Shown: positions 34,010-43,191 of the stretch, piece by piece
Position numbering within the stretch: position 1 is the first letter of the stretch
Layout of the letters: every line of letters begins with the position of its first letter
NCBI GenBank assembly: GCA_022865345.1
Contig: JALHSU010000261.1
Coordinates: 1-53,415, forward strand
Source: Candidatus Zixiibacteriota bacterium
GTDB lineage: Bacteria; Zixibacteria; MSB-5A5; RBG-16-43-9
Reading direction: 5' to 3'
Length of the DNA stretch: 53,415 nucleotides
Position numbers and translations under genes: made by a program
The notes under the pieces: model-generated
Told to the model about the DNA's origin: nothing
The model's input: the letters and a program-made list of their open reading frames with translations, nothing else
Database searches by the model: none

Positions 34010-34780
34010 ATGAATATTCATCCAACCGCTATAGTCGACCCTAAAGCCGAATTAGGCAAAAATATCTCCATTGGTCCTTATACCATAATCAATGAAGGCG
34101 TCCGGATCGGGGATAATGTGCAGATAGGCTCTAATGTTCTGATCGACTCAGGCGCGATTATAGGAAGAAACTGCAAGATTCATCACGGCGCTGTTTTAGG
34201 GACCCCGCCTCAGGATTTGAAATTTGGAGGAGAAAAAACTATTCTGGAGATTGGTGAAAATACCGTGATCCGGGAATATGCCACCATAAATCGCGGGACC
34301 AGACATCGGGGTAAGGTCACTGTTGGCTCTAATTGTTTCATAATGATGTATGCTCACATAGCTCACGACTGCATAATCGGAAACAATGTTATCTTAGCTA
34401 ACTCGGTCAATTTAGCAGGTCACGTGGAGGTTGAGGATTACGCCATCATCGGCGGAGTGGTTCCGGTTCACCAGTTCACCCGAATCGGAGCCCACTCCAT
34501 CATCGGGGGAGGGTTCCGGGTTCCCAAGGACGTTCCTCCTTATATCTTAGCTGGAGGGTATCCTTTACGCTATATAGGACTAAATATCATCGGTCTAAAA
34601 AGGAGAAATTTCTCCGCAGATACCATTCTGGCTTTGAAGAAAGCTTGCAGGATCCTGTTTCAATCACAGTATAATACAACCCAGGCAGTAGAGAAAATCA
34701 AATCCGAAATCGAGCCTCTTCCTGAGATAAAACACCTCTTGGAATTTATTGAAAAAAGCGAAAGAGGAATTATAAAATAA
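34010..34780 (+). CDS. lpxA: acyl-ACP:UDP-GlcNAc O-acyltransferase
   Basis: 256 aa. IHPTAIVDP start, hexapeptide repeats, C-terminal helical domain. Confidence 0.93.
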   Translation: MNIHPTAIVDPKAELGKNISIGPYTIINEGVRIGDNVQIGSNVLIDSGAIIGRNCKIHHGAVLGTPPQDLKFGGEKTILEIGENTVIREYATINRGTRHRGKVTVGSNCFIMMYAHIAHDCIIGNNVILANSVNLAGHVEVEDYAIIGGVVPVHQFTRIGAHSIIGGGFRVPKDVPPYILAGGYPLRYIGLNIIGLKRRNFSADTILALKKACRILFQSQYNTTQAVEKIKSEIEPLPEIKHLLEFIEKSERGIIK

Positions 34781-34785
34781 CCATG

Positions 34786-34822
34786 TAGGAGCGGGGTTTC
34801 CCCGCCCCTTAGGTTTTTTTTA
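34786..34822 (+). terminator. Rho-independent terminator after lpxA (also a member of the GTAG hairpin family)
   Basis: GTAGGAGCGGGG-TTTC-CCCGCCCCTTAGG followed by TTTTTTTT. Confidence 0.75.
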
Positions 34823-34835
34823 TATCTGCTTTCGG

Positions 34836-34891
34836 TTGGTCTCCAGACCAATTGAGGGCTTTGGTAGGGGCAATTCATGAATTGCCCCTAC
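34836..34891. repeat. TTGGTCTCCAGACCAA hairpin plus perfect 28-nt palindrome GTAGGGGCAATTCATGAATTGCCCCTAC
   Basis: 34836-34851 and 34864-34891, read directly. Confidence 0.9.
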
Positions 34892-34969
34892 ACTGAAAAT
34901 TCAACTTCATCGAAGCCATTTTAGAATCACCTGTTCATTCTCCTCCATACAAAATTTTTACAAAACTTC

Positions 34970-34998
34970 TTGACAATCGGGATCTCTTTGTTTATAAA
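34970..34998 (+). promoter_or_regulatory. sigma70-like promoter of the ccp / heme-barrel pair
   Basis: TTGACA (34970-34975), 17 nt spacer, TATAAA (34993-34998). Confidence 0.6.
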
Positions 34999-35043
34999 TA
35001 GATAAGTTGAACACCATTTAAACTTATATCAAAAGGAGGTTAT

Positions 35044-36111
35044 ATGAACAAATTTATATTTATTTTGTTTGTTCTCATCCTGTTTCTCCCATCTTTTGCT
35101 ACAGCTGAAAACTCTTCCCCTACACCCGTAACCGCAGTAAACGTTCATCTTCTCGGCCCTGAAAAAATAGGCAACCTTATGCCTGTTCCTGTTCCGGTCA
35201 ATAATCCGCAAACCAGTATGAAGATTCTCCTTGGTAAACAGCTTTATTTCGATGCCCGCTTATCTGCAAACAATACCATAAGTTGTGCCTCCTGTCATAA
35301 TCCGGCTATGGGCTGGTCAGATGAAGGACCTACCAGCGTGGGGCATGAGGGAAAAAGGGGCGGAAGAAGAGCACCTCCTGTCTCCAATGCAGCTTATGCC
35401 CCGCTTCAGTTCTGGGATGGCAGAGCACCTACTTTAGAAGAACAGGCAAAAGGACCAATCGAGAATCCGGTGGAGATGGCAAATACTCATACTGCTATGG
35501 TCAGAACATTAAACGACGTTCCCGGATATGTTGAGGAGTTCAAGAAAGTGTTCGGAACAACTCCCATCACGGTTGACCAGGTAGCAGAGGCAATTGCCGC
35601 TTTTGAGCGCACAGTCGTGACCACAGACTCTCCTTTTGACCGTTTTGTAAGAGGAGACAGAAATGCTCTTACCGCGCAGGAGAAAGAGGGGCTGGAAATT
35701 TTTAATGGAAAAGGGCATTGTACTGCCTGTCACTGGGGAGGCTATTTGAGCGATGGAAGATTTCACAACCTCGGAGTAAAACCAACTGACCCTCAAAAAC
35801 CGGACGATGGAAGGTATGTTATAACCAACAATCCTGAAGATAAGGGCGCATTCAAGACCCCGACTGTAAGGGATGCGGCACTCCGTGCTCCATACATGCA
35901 TAACGGCTCCGAAAAGACCTTAGAGGCAGTAGTGGAATTTTACAACCGAGGCGGCGGAAATGACCCGAACCTTGACCCCCTGATAGTCCCGCTTGGGCTT
36001 TCTAAAGAAGAGGTCAAGGCACTGGTTGCCTTTATGAAACGGGCAATGGTCAGCACTAACCCCGAAGTGGCGGATGTAAAACCGATACCATCAAATGAGC
36101 TACCTAAATGA
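35044..36111 (+). CDS. di-heme cytochrome c peroxidase (CCP/MauG family), secreted
   Basis: 355 aa. Signal peptide. Two CxxCH motifs (CASCH, CTACH) and the FKTPTVRD and PYMHNGS blocks. Confidence 0.9.
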   Translation: MNKFIFILFVLILFLPSFATAENSSPTPVTAVNVHLLGPEKIGNLMPVPVPVNNPQTSMKILLGKQLYFDARLSANNTISCASCHNPAMGWSDEGPTSVGHEGKRGGRRAPPVSNAAYAPLQFWDGRAPTLEEQAKGPIENPVEMANTHTAMVRTLNDVPGYVEEFKKVFGTTPITVDQVAEAIAAFERTVVTTDSPFDRFVRGDRNALTAQEKEGLEIFNGKGHCTACHWGGYLSDGRFHNLGVKPTDPQKPDDGRYVITNNPEDKGAFKTPTVRDAALRAPYMHNGSEKTLEAVVEFYNRGGGNDPNLDPLIVPLGLSKEEVKALVAFMKRAMVSTNPEVADVKPIPSNELPK

Positions 36112-36122
36112 AGGAGGGTGAT

Positions 36123-37397
36123 ATGAAAAAGTTCTGCTTGAGCATAACCATTTTAATCGGATTGTTTTTTATCCTCCCTGAGAAGGGTCATTCAATCCCA
36201 GCCTTTGCCAGGAAGTATGGTTTTAACTGTAATATGTGCCATACCTCCTTCACCAAGTTAAACGACTTCGGTCAAATATATAGAGACAATGGCTATCAGA
36301 TACCAGGCCAGCAGGGATTGGAGAAGAACGTGTTTGAAATAGCACCACCTGTATCCATCCGGACTTCAACTGGATCATCAATTTATCACACGGATGACCG
36401 CACCACCTTCGGTGCCAATATCTATGGGTTTGATTTCCTTTCAGCCGGAGTTCTGCATAAGAACGTTTCGTTCCTCTTAATCTACAAACCCAGAGTGGAT
36501 GAACCAGCAGCAGATTTCACCGGTCCTGGTCTTTATGGGTGGAAAGGAAGGAATCCCTCTCAACTAGGCTCTCTGGAATCGGTCAATATCGTCTTCAGCA
36601 ATCTCATCAGGGACAAATTAAGTGTAAGAATAGGTCGATTCGAACCAGCGTATCAAGCGTTCAGCTCCAAACGCTCCTTTTATTTTTTCGAGCCTTATGA
36701 GGTCTATGCTTTCACGACTCCGGTGAATACCTTTACTTTCGAGGATAATCAAATAGGCCTGGAGATGACAGGTCATCTGAGAACTGGTTTCAAATATGCG
36801 TTGGGTGCCATAAATGGCACCGGAGCAAATCCAGATAACAACACCTATAAAGATTATTATATCAATCTTCTTCAGGTTCTTGGTAAAGGTGAAGGTCAGA
36901 GTGCTGGTCAGAGGATAGGGGCGTTTGGCTACTTAGGGTATATGCCTGTGTCAGGGCCACCTTCTTTCATTTCTCCGACAGGCGAAACTGACGGGTACCG
37001 GAATCAGCCTTTCTACAGATTTGGGGGAGATTTAAGCCTGAACTGGAAGACGCTCAACCTCCAAGCTTTCTTCTTGGCTGGAATAGATGACAAGGCTTTG
37101 AATTATCTGCACGACCGTACGAAGGATTACAAATACACCGGCGGGTTAGCCCAGCTTGATTGTGCTGCTTTGTTCAACAACCGGTTTATTGCTTCGGTAT
37201 TATACAACTGGGTTACGCCACCCTCTTATGATGATGACAGAACAATCAACGCTTATTCAGCCCTGGTGCGATATTATCTTGGTGACTGGACCGCGGTGAA
37301 CGTGGCTTTGCATGCGGAGTTCACTCACAAACGTACAGGGAAAACTGACCCGTTGAAGGAAAACCTGTTCTCCTTGCTGGTCGATTTTGATTTCTGA
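36123..37397 (+). CDS. putative outer-membrane beta-barrel protein with an N-terminal single CxxCH heme-binding motif
   Basis: ORF 36108..37397. ATG 36123 follows AAGGAGG (36111-36117). Signal peptide, then IPAFARKYGFNCNMCHTSFTKLNDFGQ. The remainder is beta-rich and ends ...LLVDFDF (terminal Phe). Confidence 0.6.
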   Translation: MKKFCLSITILIGLFFILPEKGHSIPAFARKYGFNCNMCHTSFTKLNDFGQIYRDNGYQIPGQQGLEKNVFEIAPPVSIRTSTGSSIYHTDDRTTFGANIYGFDFLSAGVLHKNVSFLLIYKPRVDEPAADFTGPGLYGWKGRNPSQLGSLESVNIVFSNLIRDKLSVRIGRFEPAYQAFSSKRSFYFFEPYEVYAFTTPVNTFTFEDNQIGLEMTGHLRTGFKYALGAINGTGANPDNNTYKDYYINLLQVLGKGEGQSAGQRIGAFGYLGYMPVSGPPSFISPTGETDGYRNQPFYRFGGDLSLNWKTLNLQAFFLAGIDDKALNYLHDRTKDYKYTGGLAQLDCAALFNNRFIASVLYNWVTPPSYDDDRTINAYSALVRYYLGDWTAVNVALHAEFTHKRTGKTDPLKENLFSLLVDFDF

Positions 37398-37400
37398 CAA

Positions 37401-37713
37401 GTAGGGGCACGGCGTGCCGTCCCCCTACAAAATTCGTAGACCCATCTTGCCCTCAAGATGGGTCTTGTTTTTTTGTAGCGGAAGGCCGTCAAGTTCTTGT
37501 CCACAGGATCCTGGCGAAGACTTCAGCCTTCCATTTCTTTATTGTAGTTGCCCAATTTATTGGGCAAAGCTCGATAAATCGAGCAACTACAATTTCGTAG
37601 ATGGTAGACTCACGCTGCCCTCAACATTGGTCTGGTCATAAGTTCTTGAGAAATGAAAGGTGGATCAGGCATTCTTGCCTGACTAAAGGAACAGGCAGGA
37701 TGCCTGTTCCACC
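37401..37713. repeat. hairpin array of about 310 nt downstream of the heme-barrel gene
   Basis: GTAGGGGCACGGCGTGCCGTCCCCCTAC (37401-37428), GTAGACCCATCTTG... (37436-37464), GTAGCGGAAGGC...GCCTTCC with a loop insertion (37475-37532), GTAGTTGC[CCCAATTTATTGGG][CTCGATAAATCGAG]GCAACTAC (37544-37590), degenerate GTAGATGGTAGAC... (37597-37635), GGTGGA[TCAGGCATTCTTGCCTGA]..[GGAACAGGCAGGATGCCTGTTCC]ACC (37659-37713). Confidence 0.85.
37436..37475 (+). terminator. Rho-independent terminator after the heme-barrel gene (GTAGACCCATCTTG family hairpin)
   Basis: GACCCATCTTG-CCCT-CAAGATGGGTC followed by TTGTTTTTTT. Confidence 0.75.
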
Positions 37714-37796
37714 AATCCTGTGAAGCTGAGGACTTTTAGCTTTCGACTTTTTAAAGGGATGGAAACCTAAGGTCTCCGCCACTACCTGAAAGTTAA

Positions 37797-37825
37797 TTGA
37801 CTAATCCACATAGATTTGTTATATA
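37797..37825 (+). promoter_or_regulatory. sigma70-like promoter upstream of the Gfo/Idh/MocA-lpxB-waaA-lpxK genes
   Basis: TTGACT (37797-37802), 17 nt spacer, TATATA (37820-37825). A 93-nt GTCATTGCGAG hairpin element lies between it and the ATG at 37982. Confidence 0.5.
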
Positions 37826-37855
37826 TTAGCAACTTGTGATGAAGACATCGTCCGT

Positions 37856-37948
37856 CATTGCGAGGAGTTCCGCTTCTGGCGGAACGACGAAGCAATCCCT
37901 ATACAATAAGCAGATTGCTTCGCTCCCTACGGGAGCTCGCAATGACGG
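37856..37948. repeat. full GTCATTGCGAG-type inverted-repeat element (93 nt) in the 5' leader of the lpxB operon
   Basis: GTCATTGCGAGGAGTTCCGCTTCTGGCGGAACGACGAAGCAATC - 16-nt loop - GATTGCTTCGCTCCCTACGGGAGCTCGCAATGAC. Confidence 0.9.
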
Positions 37949-37981
37949 ATGATCTATAGTTTTCCTTTTTGAGGAATAGAG

Positions 37982-38980
37982 ATGCCAAAGATAAAGGTCG
38001 GAGTCATCGGAGTAGGTCATCTTGGCGAGCATCACGCCCGGATATATTCTGAACTTCCCCAGGCTGAGCTTGTGGGGATATTTGACCTGGACTTAGAAAA
38101 AGCCAAAAGCAAGGCAGAAAAATACAAGACCACAAGTTTTGATGATTTGAATCAGCTTCTTGAAAAAATGGATGCAGCCAGCCTGGTGGTTCCCACTTCC
38201 TCCCATTATGAGGTCGCCGGAAAAATCTTGGATAGAAATATCCACCTCTTAATCGAGAAACCGATCACCGAAACAGTTGAACAGGCTGAAGAGCTTATCC
38301 GGATAGCCGAAAAGAAAAAACTAACCCTGCAGGTGGGACACATCGAGAGGTTCAACCCGGCACTACGGGCCATAGAGAATATCAGGCTGGAGCCAAAATT
38401 CATCGAGTCCCATCGTCTGTCTTCGTTCAAAGAAAGAGGAACTGATGTGGCGGTCATTCTGGATTTGATGATTCATGATCTGGATTTAGTCCTTTATCTG
38501 GTTAAAGATAAAATAAAATCCGTGGAAGCTTCCGGGGTGTCAGTTATCGCGGAGACTGAGGATATCGCCAATGCGCGGATAACTTTTGAAAAAGGATGCG
38601 TGGCTAATATCACTGCCAGCCGCATCTCAGCCCGGCCTATGCGTAAGCTGAGGATATTTCAGAAAAACGCCTATCTTTCCCTGGATTTTTTAGAGAAATC
38701 CGCGGAGATTTATAAATTAGTCGAAGTCCCCAGAGCAGAATTACCCATCCAGAAAACTTTGGTTGGAGAAATCCCCATAGAGAAGCTCGGAAAAACCATA
38801 GTTTATGAAAAACTGGAGACTAAAAAAGAGGATATGCTAACCTCTGAGCTTTCCTCTTTTCTTCGGGCAGTAGCTGAAAAAACTCCTCCTCTGGTCACGG
38901 GCGAACAGGCAAAACAGGCTTTAGAATTAGCTCTGCTCATCAGGGAAAAAGCAGCTCTTCATCTCCAGAGCACAAGATGA
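37982..38980 (+). CDS. Gfo/Idh/MocA-family NAD-dependent oxidoreductase embedded in the lipid A cluster
   Basis: 332 aa. N-terminal Rossmann VGVIGVGHLG and the EKP motif (LIEKPIT). Confidence 0.85.
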   Translation: MPKIKVGVIGVGHLGEHHARIYSELPQAELVGIFDLDLEKAKSKAEKYKTTSFDDLNQLLEKMDAASLVVPTSSHYEVAGKILDRNIHLLIEKPITETVEQAEELIRIAEKKKLTLQVGHIERFNPALRAIENIRLEPKFIESHRLSSFKERGTDVAVILDLMIHDLDLVLYLVKDKIKSVEASGVSVIAETEDIANARITFEKGCVANITASRISARPMRKLRIFQKNAYLSLDFLEKSAEIYKLVEVPRAELPIQKTLVGEIPIEKLGKTIVYEKLETKKEDMLTSELSSFLRAVAEKTPPLVTGEQAKQALELALLIREKAALHLQSTR

Positions 38981-40110
38981 AGAAAAAGGTCTTGATAATA
39001 GCTGGCGAGCCTTCTGGAGACCTACATGGGGCTGGCATGGTAAGGGAACTTAAGAGAATAAATCCGGACATAGAATACTCCGGAGTCGGAGGAACCAAGT
39101 TAAACCAGGAAGGAATGAACCTCTTATTCAGTATAGAAAAACTTTCTTTTATGGGATTTTACGAGGTTTTGAAAAATCTAAAAGTCATCCGGGAGCTCAA
39201 AAAAAAACTGCTTGATTTTATAGACCGGGACAAGCCTGATTTAGCGATACTGATAGATTATCCCGGCTTCAACCTACGCTTTGCCAAGGAGATCAAAAAG
39301 AGGGAGATTCCAATCCTGTATTATATCAGCCCACAGGTCTGGGCCTGGGGGGGAAAAAGGATTGAAACCATAAAAAAATTAGTTGACAGAATGGTGGTCT
39401 TCTTCCCTTTTGAGGAGAAGCTGTACAAAGATGCAGACGTTGAGGTAGATTTGATAGGTCATCCTCTTTTAGACCTGGTCAAGCCTTCTCTTTCAAAAGA
39501 GGAATTTCAGAGAAAATTAAAGCTGACTGGCAAAGAAACTCTTGTCGGGCTGCTACCTGGCTCAAGATGGCAGGAGATTGAGAAGGTATTGCCAGTGATG
39601 GTACGGGCCTGCCTTATCTTGAAAAAAAGATTTCCAGACTTGAAAATCGCCATTGGTTTGGCACCTAATATTAACCAGGAAAGGTTGCAGATTTTCTTGA
39701 AGAAGATGAACTTAGAAGCAATTATCCTGGAAGATTTGACTTATGACCTGATGTGCTATTCAGACCTTCTATTAGCCACCTCAGGCACGGCTACCTTAGA
39801 ATCTGCAATCTCCGGCACGCCTTTGATTGTCTTGTATAAAACCAGTCTTTTCACTTATCTTTTAGCAAAAACTCTGGTAAAAATACCTAATATCGGGATG
39901 GTAAACATTGTGGCTGAAAAAAAAATAGTTCCGGAGTTTATACAATCTGAAGCTAAACCTGAGAGAATCGCACGAGAGATGGAAAGGATTTTGACGGACG
40001 AGGGTGAATATGAAAGGATAAAAAACGACCTAACCAGAGTCAGAGATAAATTAGGCGAAAAAGGAGCATACCATAGAGGAGCACAGATTGTGAACCAGAT
40101 GTTGTCATAG
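38977..40110 (+). CDS. lpxB: lipid-A-disaccharide synthase
   Basis: 377 aa. AGEPSGDLHGA N-terminus. Overlaps the upstream stop by 4 nt. Confidence 0.92.
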   Translation: MKKKVLIIAGEPSGDLHGAGMVRELKRINPDIEYSGVGGTKLNQEGMNLLFSIEKLSFMGFYEVLKNLKVIRELKKKLLDFIDRDKPDLAILIDYPGFNLRFAKEIKKREIPILYYISPQVWAWGGKRIETIKKLVDRMVVFFPFEEKLYKDADVEVDLIGHPLLDLVKPSLSKEEFQRKLKLTGKETLVGLLPGSRWQEIEKVLPVMVRACLILKKRFPDLKIAIGLAPNINQERLQIFLKKMNLEAIILEDLTYDLMCYSDLLLATSGTATLESAISGTPLIVLYKTSLFTYLLAKTLVKIPNIGMVNIVAEKKIVPEFIQSEAKPERIAREMERILTDEGEYERIKNDLTRVRDKLGEKGAYHRGAQIVNQMLS

Positions 40111-40118
40111 GTTTTCCT

Positions 40119-40775
40119 ATGAGTTTAAAAGAAAAATTTTATATATTTTTAATCTCGCTTTTAGGATCCGCTCTTATTTTACTTTTAGGGAAAAGTTTGA
40201 AAATAGAATGGGTCGGGGTTGAAAATCTTAATGAGATCCGGGAGAGAAAAGGAAAAGTCCTTTATGCCTTCTGGCATGGACGAATGCTGATCTTAGCCTA
40301 TACTCACCGGGGACAGAAAAACCAGGTATTGTCAAGCCGGCATCGGGATGGACAGATAAGCGCCCACATCATCCAGAGGCTTGGCTTCGGAACAGTATGG
40401 GGGTCAACTACTCACGGAGGAGTTGAGGCTCTCTTGCAGATGGCTAACAAGGTCAGGGAAGGGTATGACATAGCTATCACTCCGGACGGTCCCAAAGGAC
40501 CGGCTTTCAAAGCTCAGCCCGGTGCGGTTTTCGTTGCTCGGAAAAGCGGAGTTCCCATAATCCCTATTACCAACTCGGCCCGGAGAAGATGGACCCTCAA
40601 AAGCTGGGATGGGTTTATCATCCCCAAACCGTTCTCCAGGGCAGTGATCTTCATCGGGAAGCCGATCTACGTTCCGGCAGAACTGTCGAAGGAAGAGCTC
40701 GATTTGAAAAGCAAGGAACTGGAAGAAAACCTGAACCTGCTGACCGAAGAAGCAGACAACTATTTGAAGGAATAG
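40119..40775 (+). CDS. DUF374 (lysophospholipid acyltransferase-like) protein
   Basis: 218 aa. FWHGRML...SRHRDGQI...TPDGPKGP blocks. Typical position next to waaA. Confidence 0.8.
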   Translation: MSLKEKFYIFLISLLGSALILLLGKSLKIEWVGVENLNEIRERKGKVLYAFWHGRMLILAYTHRGQKNQVLSSRHRDGQISAHIIQRLGFGTVWGSTTHGGVEALLQMANKVREGYDIAITPDGPKGPAFKAQPGAVFVARKSGVPIIPITNSARRRWTLKSWDGFIIPKPFSRAVIFIGKPIYVPAELSKEELDLKSKELEENLNLLTEEADNYLKE

Positions 40776-40776
40776 G

Positions 40777-42054
40777 ATGTATTTCGCTTACAGTCTCTTA
40801 TACTCCATAGCTTTTATTCTGCTTTTCCCTTATCTTTTCTTAAGGGGATTATTCGGACGGCATGGCATTTTAGAGCGCCTGGGGAAAATCCGCATACCTG
40901 AAAAAATATCCTCTCCCCTGCTCTGGTTTCACGCGGCTTCAGTCGGTGAGATCAAAGCCCTATCTACGATCCTGCCCAGGCTGAAAAGCTTGAGGCCTGA
41001 TTTCTCCATAGCCGTTTCAGTGGTTACCAAAACCGGCAAAAAAGAGGCTTCAGGAACCCTTTCCCATGTGGATTTGATTTTCTATTTTCCCCTGGATTTT
41101 CCTTTTATCTGGAGAAGGGTATTCAGGAAACTAAATCCCTCGTTTCTGGCCTTAGTGGAAACCGAGTTCTGGCCCAACCTTATCCGGGAAGCCAGGAATT
41201 ACGGTTGCAAACTCTGTCTGATCAATGGCCGCCTTTCCAAAACATCTTTCAAAAGATACCGCAGGATAAAAAGCTTCAGCAGTTTGGTTTTATCTAAGTT
41301 TGACCTTTTCTGTATGCAGTCCTTAGAAGATGCTGAAAAGCTCTGGAATTTAGGAGCAGACAAAAGCAAAACCGAGATTGTGGGGAATCTGAAGTTCGAC
41401 CGTGCGCTATTGGGTATCAATGGATTGAATAAGACTGCTTTGCGCAGAAGGCTTGGTCTTTCAAAAGATGATCGGCTGATAATAGCAGGGAGCACGCACC
41501 AGGAGGAGGAAAGGATGGTTCTCTCCGTTTTCAAAAGGCTGAAGCAAGAACAAACATGTCTGGTTCTCCTCTTAGCCCCCAGGCATCTTTCTCGCCTGAG
41601 TGAAATTCAGGAACTCCTCTCAGAGCTAACGCTAAAATATGTTAAGAAAAGCGCACCTAAAAAAGGTCAAGGGGCTGAAGTAATTCTTCTGGATACTATG
41701 GGTGAGCTGGAAAACCTTTACAGCATCAGCGAAATAGCTTTTGTCGGAGGAAGTTTAGTTCCCACTGGTGGTCATAACATACTGGAGCCGGCAAGCTATG
41801 GGATACCTGTGCTGTTCGGTCCTTACATCGACAATTTCAAGCCTTCTTCTGACCTGCTCTTGAAATTCGAAGGCGGAATAATGGTAAAAGACCAGGAGGA
41901 GCTTTATCAGAAAATGTCAGAGCTTTTGGAAGACGATGCCCTGCGCAAAAAGATTGGGGAAAATGGGAAACAGGCGCTCCTTTCACAGACCGGAACGTCT
42001 GATAAAACCGTGCAGCTCCTCTTAAAGCTTCTATCCGGAGATGAAAAAAAATAG
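40777..42054 (+). CDS. waaA: 3-deoxy-D-manno-octulosonic acid (Kdo) transferase
   Basis: 425 aa. WFHAASVGE motif and the C-terminal GGSLVPTGGHNILEPA block. Confidence 0.92.
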   Translation: MYFAYSLLYSIAFILLFPYLFLRGLFGRHGILERLGKIRIPEKISSPLLWFHAASVGEIKALSTILPRLKSLRPDFSIAVSVVTKTGKKEASGTLSHVDLIFYFPLDFPFIWRRVFRKLNPSFLALVETEFWPNLIREARNYGCKLCLINGRLSKTSFKRYRRIKSFSSLVLSKFDLFCMQSLEDAEKLWNLGADKSKTEIVGNLKFDRALLGINGLNKTALRRRLGLSKDDRLIIAGSTHQEEERMVLSVFKRLKQEQTCLVLLLAPRHLSRLSEIQELLSELTLKYVKKSAPKKGQGAEVILLDTMGELENLYSISEIAFVGGSLVPTGGHNILEPASYGIPVLFGPYIDNFKPSSDLLLKFEGGIMVKDQEELYQKMSELLEDDALRKKIGENGKQALLSQTGTSDKTVQLLLKLLSGDEKK

Positions 42055-43114
42055 ACTTTTCCATTACTGGGAGAAAGAAGATAAGAGGAGCATCATCTCC
42101 TTTTTCTTGCGATTCCTTTCGCTTCTATACCTTACAGGATACCTAATCCGGAAATCTCTTTACGGCCTGGGGTTAATAAAGCCAAAAAAGTTAAGCGCAA
42201 AGGTCATAAGTGTCGGTAACATCACTGTTGGAGGCTCTGGAAAAACACCTTTTGTCCTCTACCTAGCAAAAAAGCTTCAAGAGAAAGGAATAATTTTTAC
42301 CATCTTAACCAGAGGATACAAAAGGTTATCAAAAGAAACTTTGGAACTAAAAAAAAGTGACTCTTTGCATATGAAATGGGAACAGGCTGGTGACGAACCT
42401 TATCTTTTAAGCAACCATCTGCCTGGAGTCCCGATAATTGTTGACAAGGACAGATTTCATTCTGGAACAATAGCTCAGGATAAATATAAAGCTGATTTTT
42501 TGCTCTTGGATGATGGTTTCCAACACTGGAGATTGAAACGAGATCTGGATATCGTGATGATCGATTCCTCAATTGATCTGAAAAAAGAAAAACTGTTGCC
42601 CGCTGGCAGGCTCAGAGAGCCTCTATCCTCTCTCAATAGAGCAAACCTCTTCGTTCTCACCAGAGTCGATCAATCTGAACACAGGGATAAAGTGAAGAAG
42701 TTATTGCAGAAATACAACCCCCAGGCTCCGATTGTAGAAAGTATCCTGCAGACAAGTTCAATCCAGAACTGGAAAGACAAAACTGAAATCAGCCTAATCC
42801 AGTTCAACGGGAAGAAAGGTTTAGCTTTCTGCGGCATCGGAAACCCTTTTTCCTTTGAGAGGACCTTGAAATCTCTGGGTCTGGAGATTTTGAATGCTTT
42901 TTTCTTTTTAGACCATTATATTTACACCCGAAAAGACCTTTTATTACTGCAAGAGGAAGCAAGAAAATCAGGAGCTGAATACCTTATCACTACTGAAAAA
43001 GATTCGATAAGGCTTCCGGATACAGGCGAATTGACTATCCCTCTGCTGGTGGTAAAAGTAGAATTAAAAATAATCTCCGGAGAAGAAAAGCTCTGGGAGG
43101 TATTGAATATTTAA
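42041..43114 (+). CDS. lpxK: tetraacyldisaccharide 4'-kinase
   Basis: 357 aa. VGNITVGGSGKTP P-loop and the DDGFQH motif. 14-nt overlap with waaA. Confidence 0.92.
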   Translation: MKKNRLFHYWEKEDKRSIISFFLRFLSLLYLTGYLIRKSLYGLGLIKPKKLSAKVISVGNITVGGSGKTPFVLYLAKKLQEKGIIFTILTRGYKRLSKETLELKKSDSLHMKWEQAGDEPYLLSNHLPGVPIIVDKDRFHSGTIAQDKYKADFLLLDDGFQHWRLKRDLDIVMIDSSIDLKKEKLLPAGRLREPLSSLNRANLFVLTRVDQSEHRDKVKKLLQKYNPQAPIVESILQTSSIQNWKDKTEISLIQFNGKKGLAFCGIGNPFSFERTLKSLGLEILNAFFFLDHYIYTRKDLLLLQEEARKSGAEYLITTEKDSIRLPDTGELTIPLLVVKVELKIISGEEKLWEVLNI

Positions 43115-43117
43115 AAG

Positions 43118-43146
43118 TTGACATGCGGGGAAGTTTGTAATAAAAT
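43118..43146 (+). promoter_or_regulatory. sigma70-like promoter of the low-GC two-gene islet
   Basis: TTGACA (43118-43123), 17 nt spacer, TAAAAT (43141-43146), directly after the lpxK stop. Confidence 0.6.
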
Positions 43147-43191
43147 AAGGTCAAAGATAAAAGGAAAAATAATTCAATAGGAACTTTTAAG

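Noticed and set aside
36108-36122. ATG 36108 as the start of the heme-barrel gene (ATGA overlap with ccp)
   Set aside because: The ATG at 36123 is preceded at ideal spacing by AAGGAGG (36111-36117) and gives a canonical signal peptide (MKKFCLSITILIG...). The earlier ATG has no SD.
37414-38035. ORFs 37414..37641(+) and 37826..38035(-)
   Set aside because: Both are translations of hairpin arrays or of the GTCATTGCGAG element. The second also lies antisense to the start of the oxidoreductase gene.
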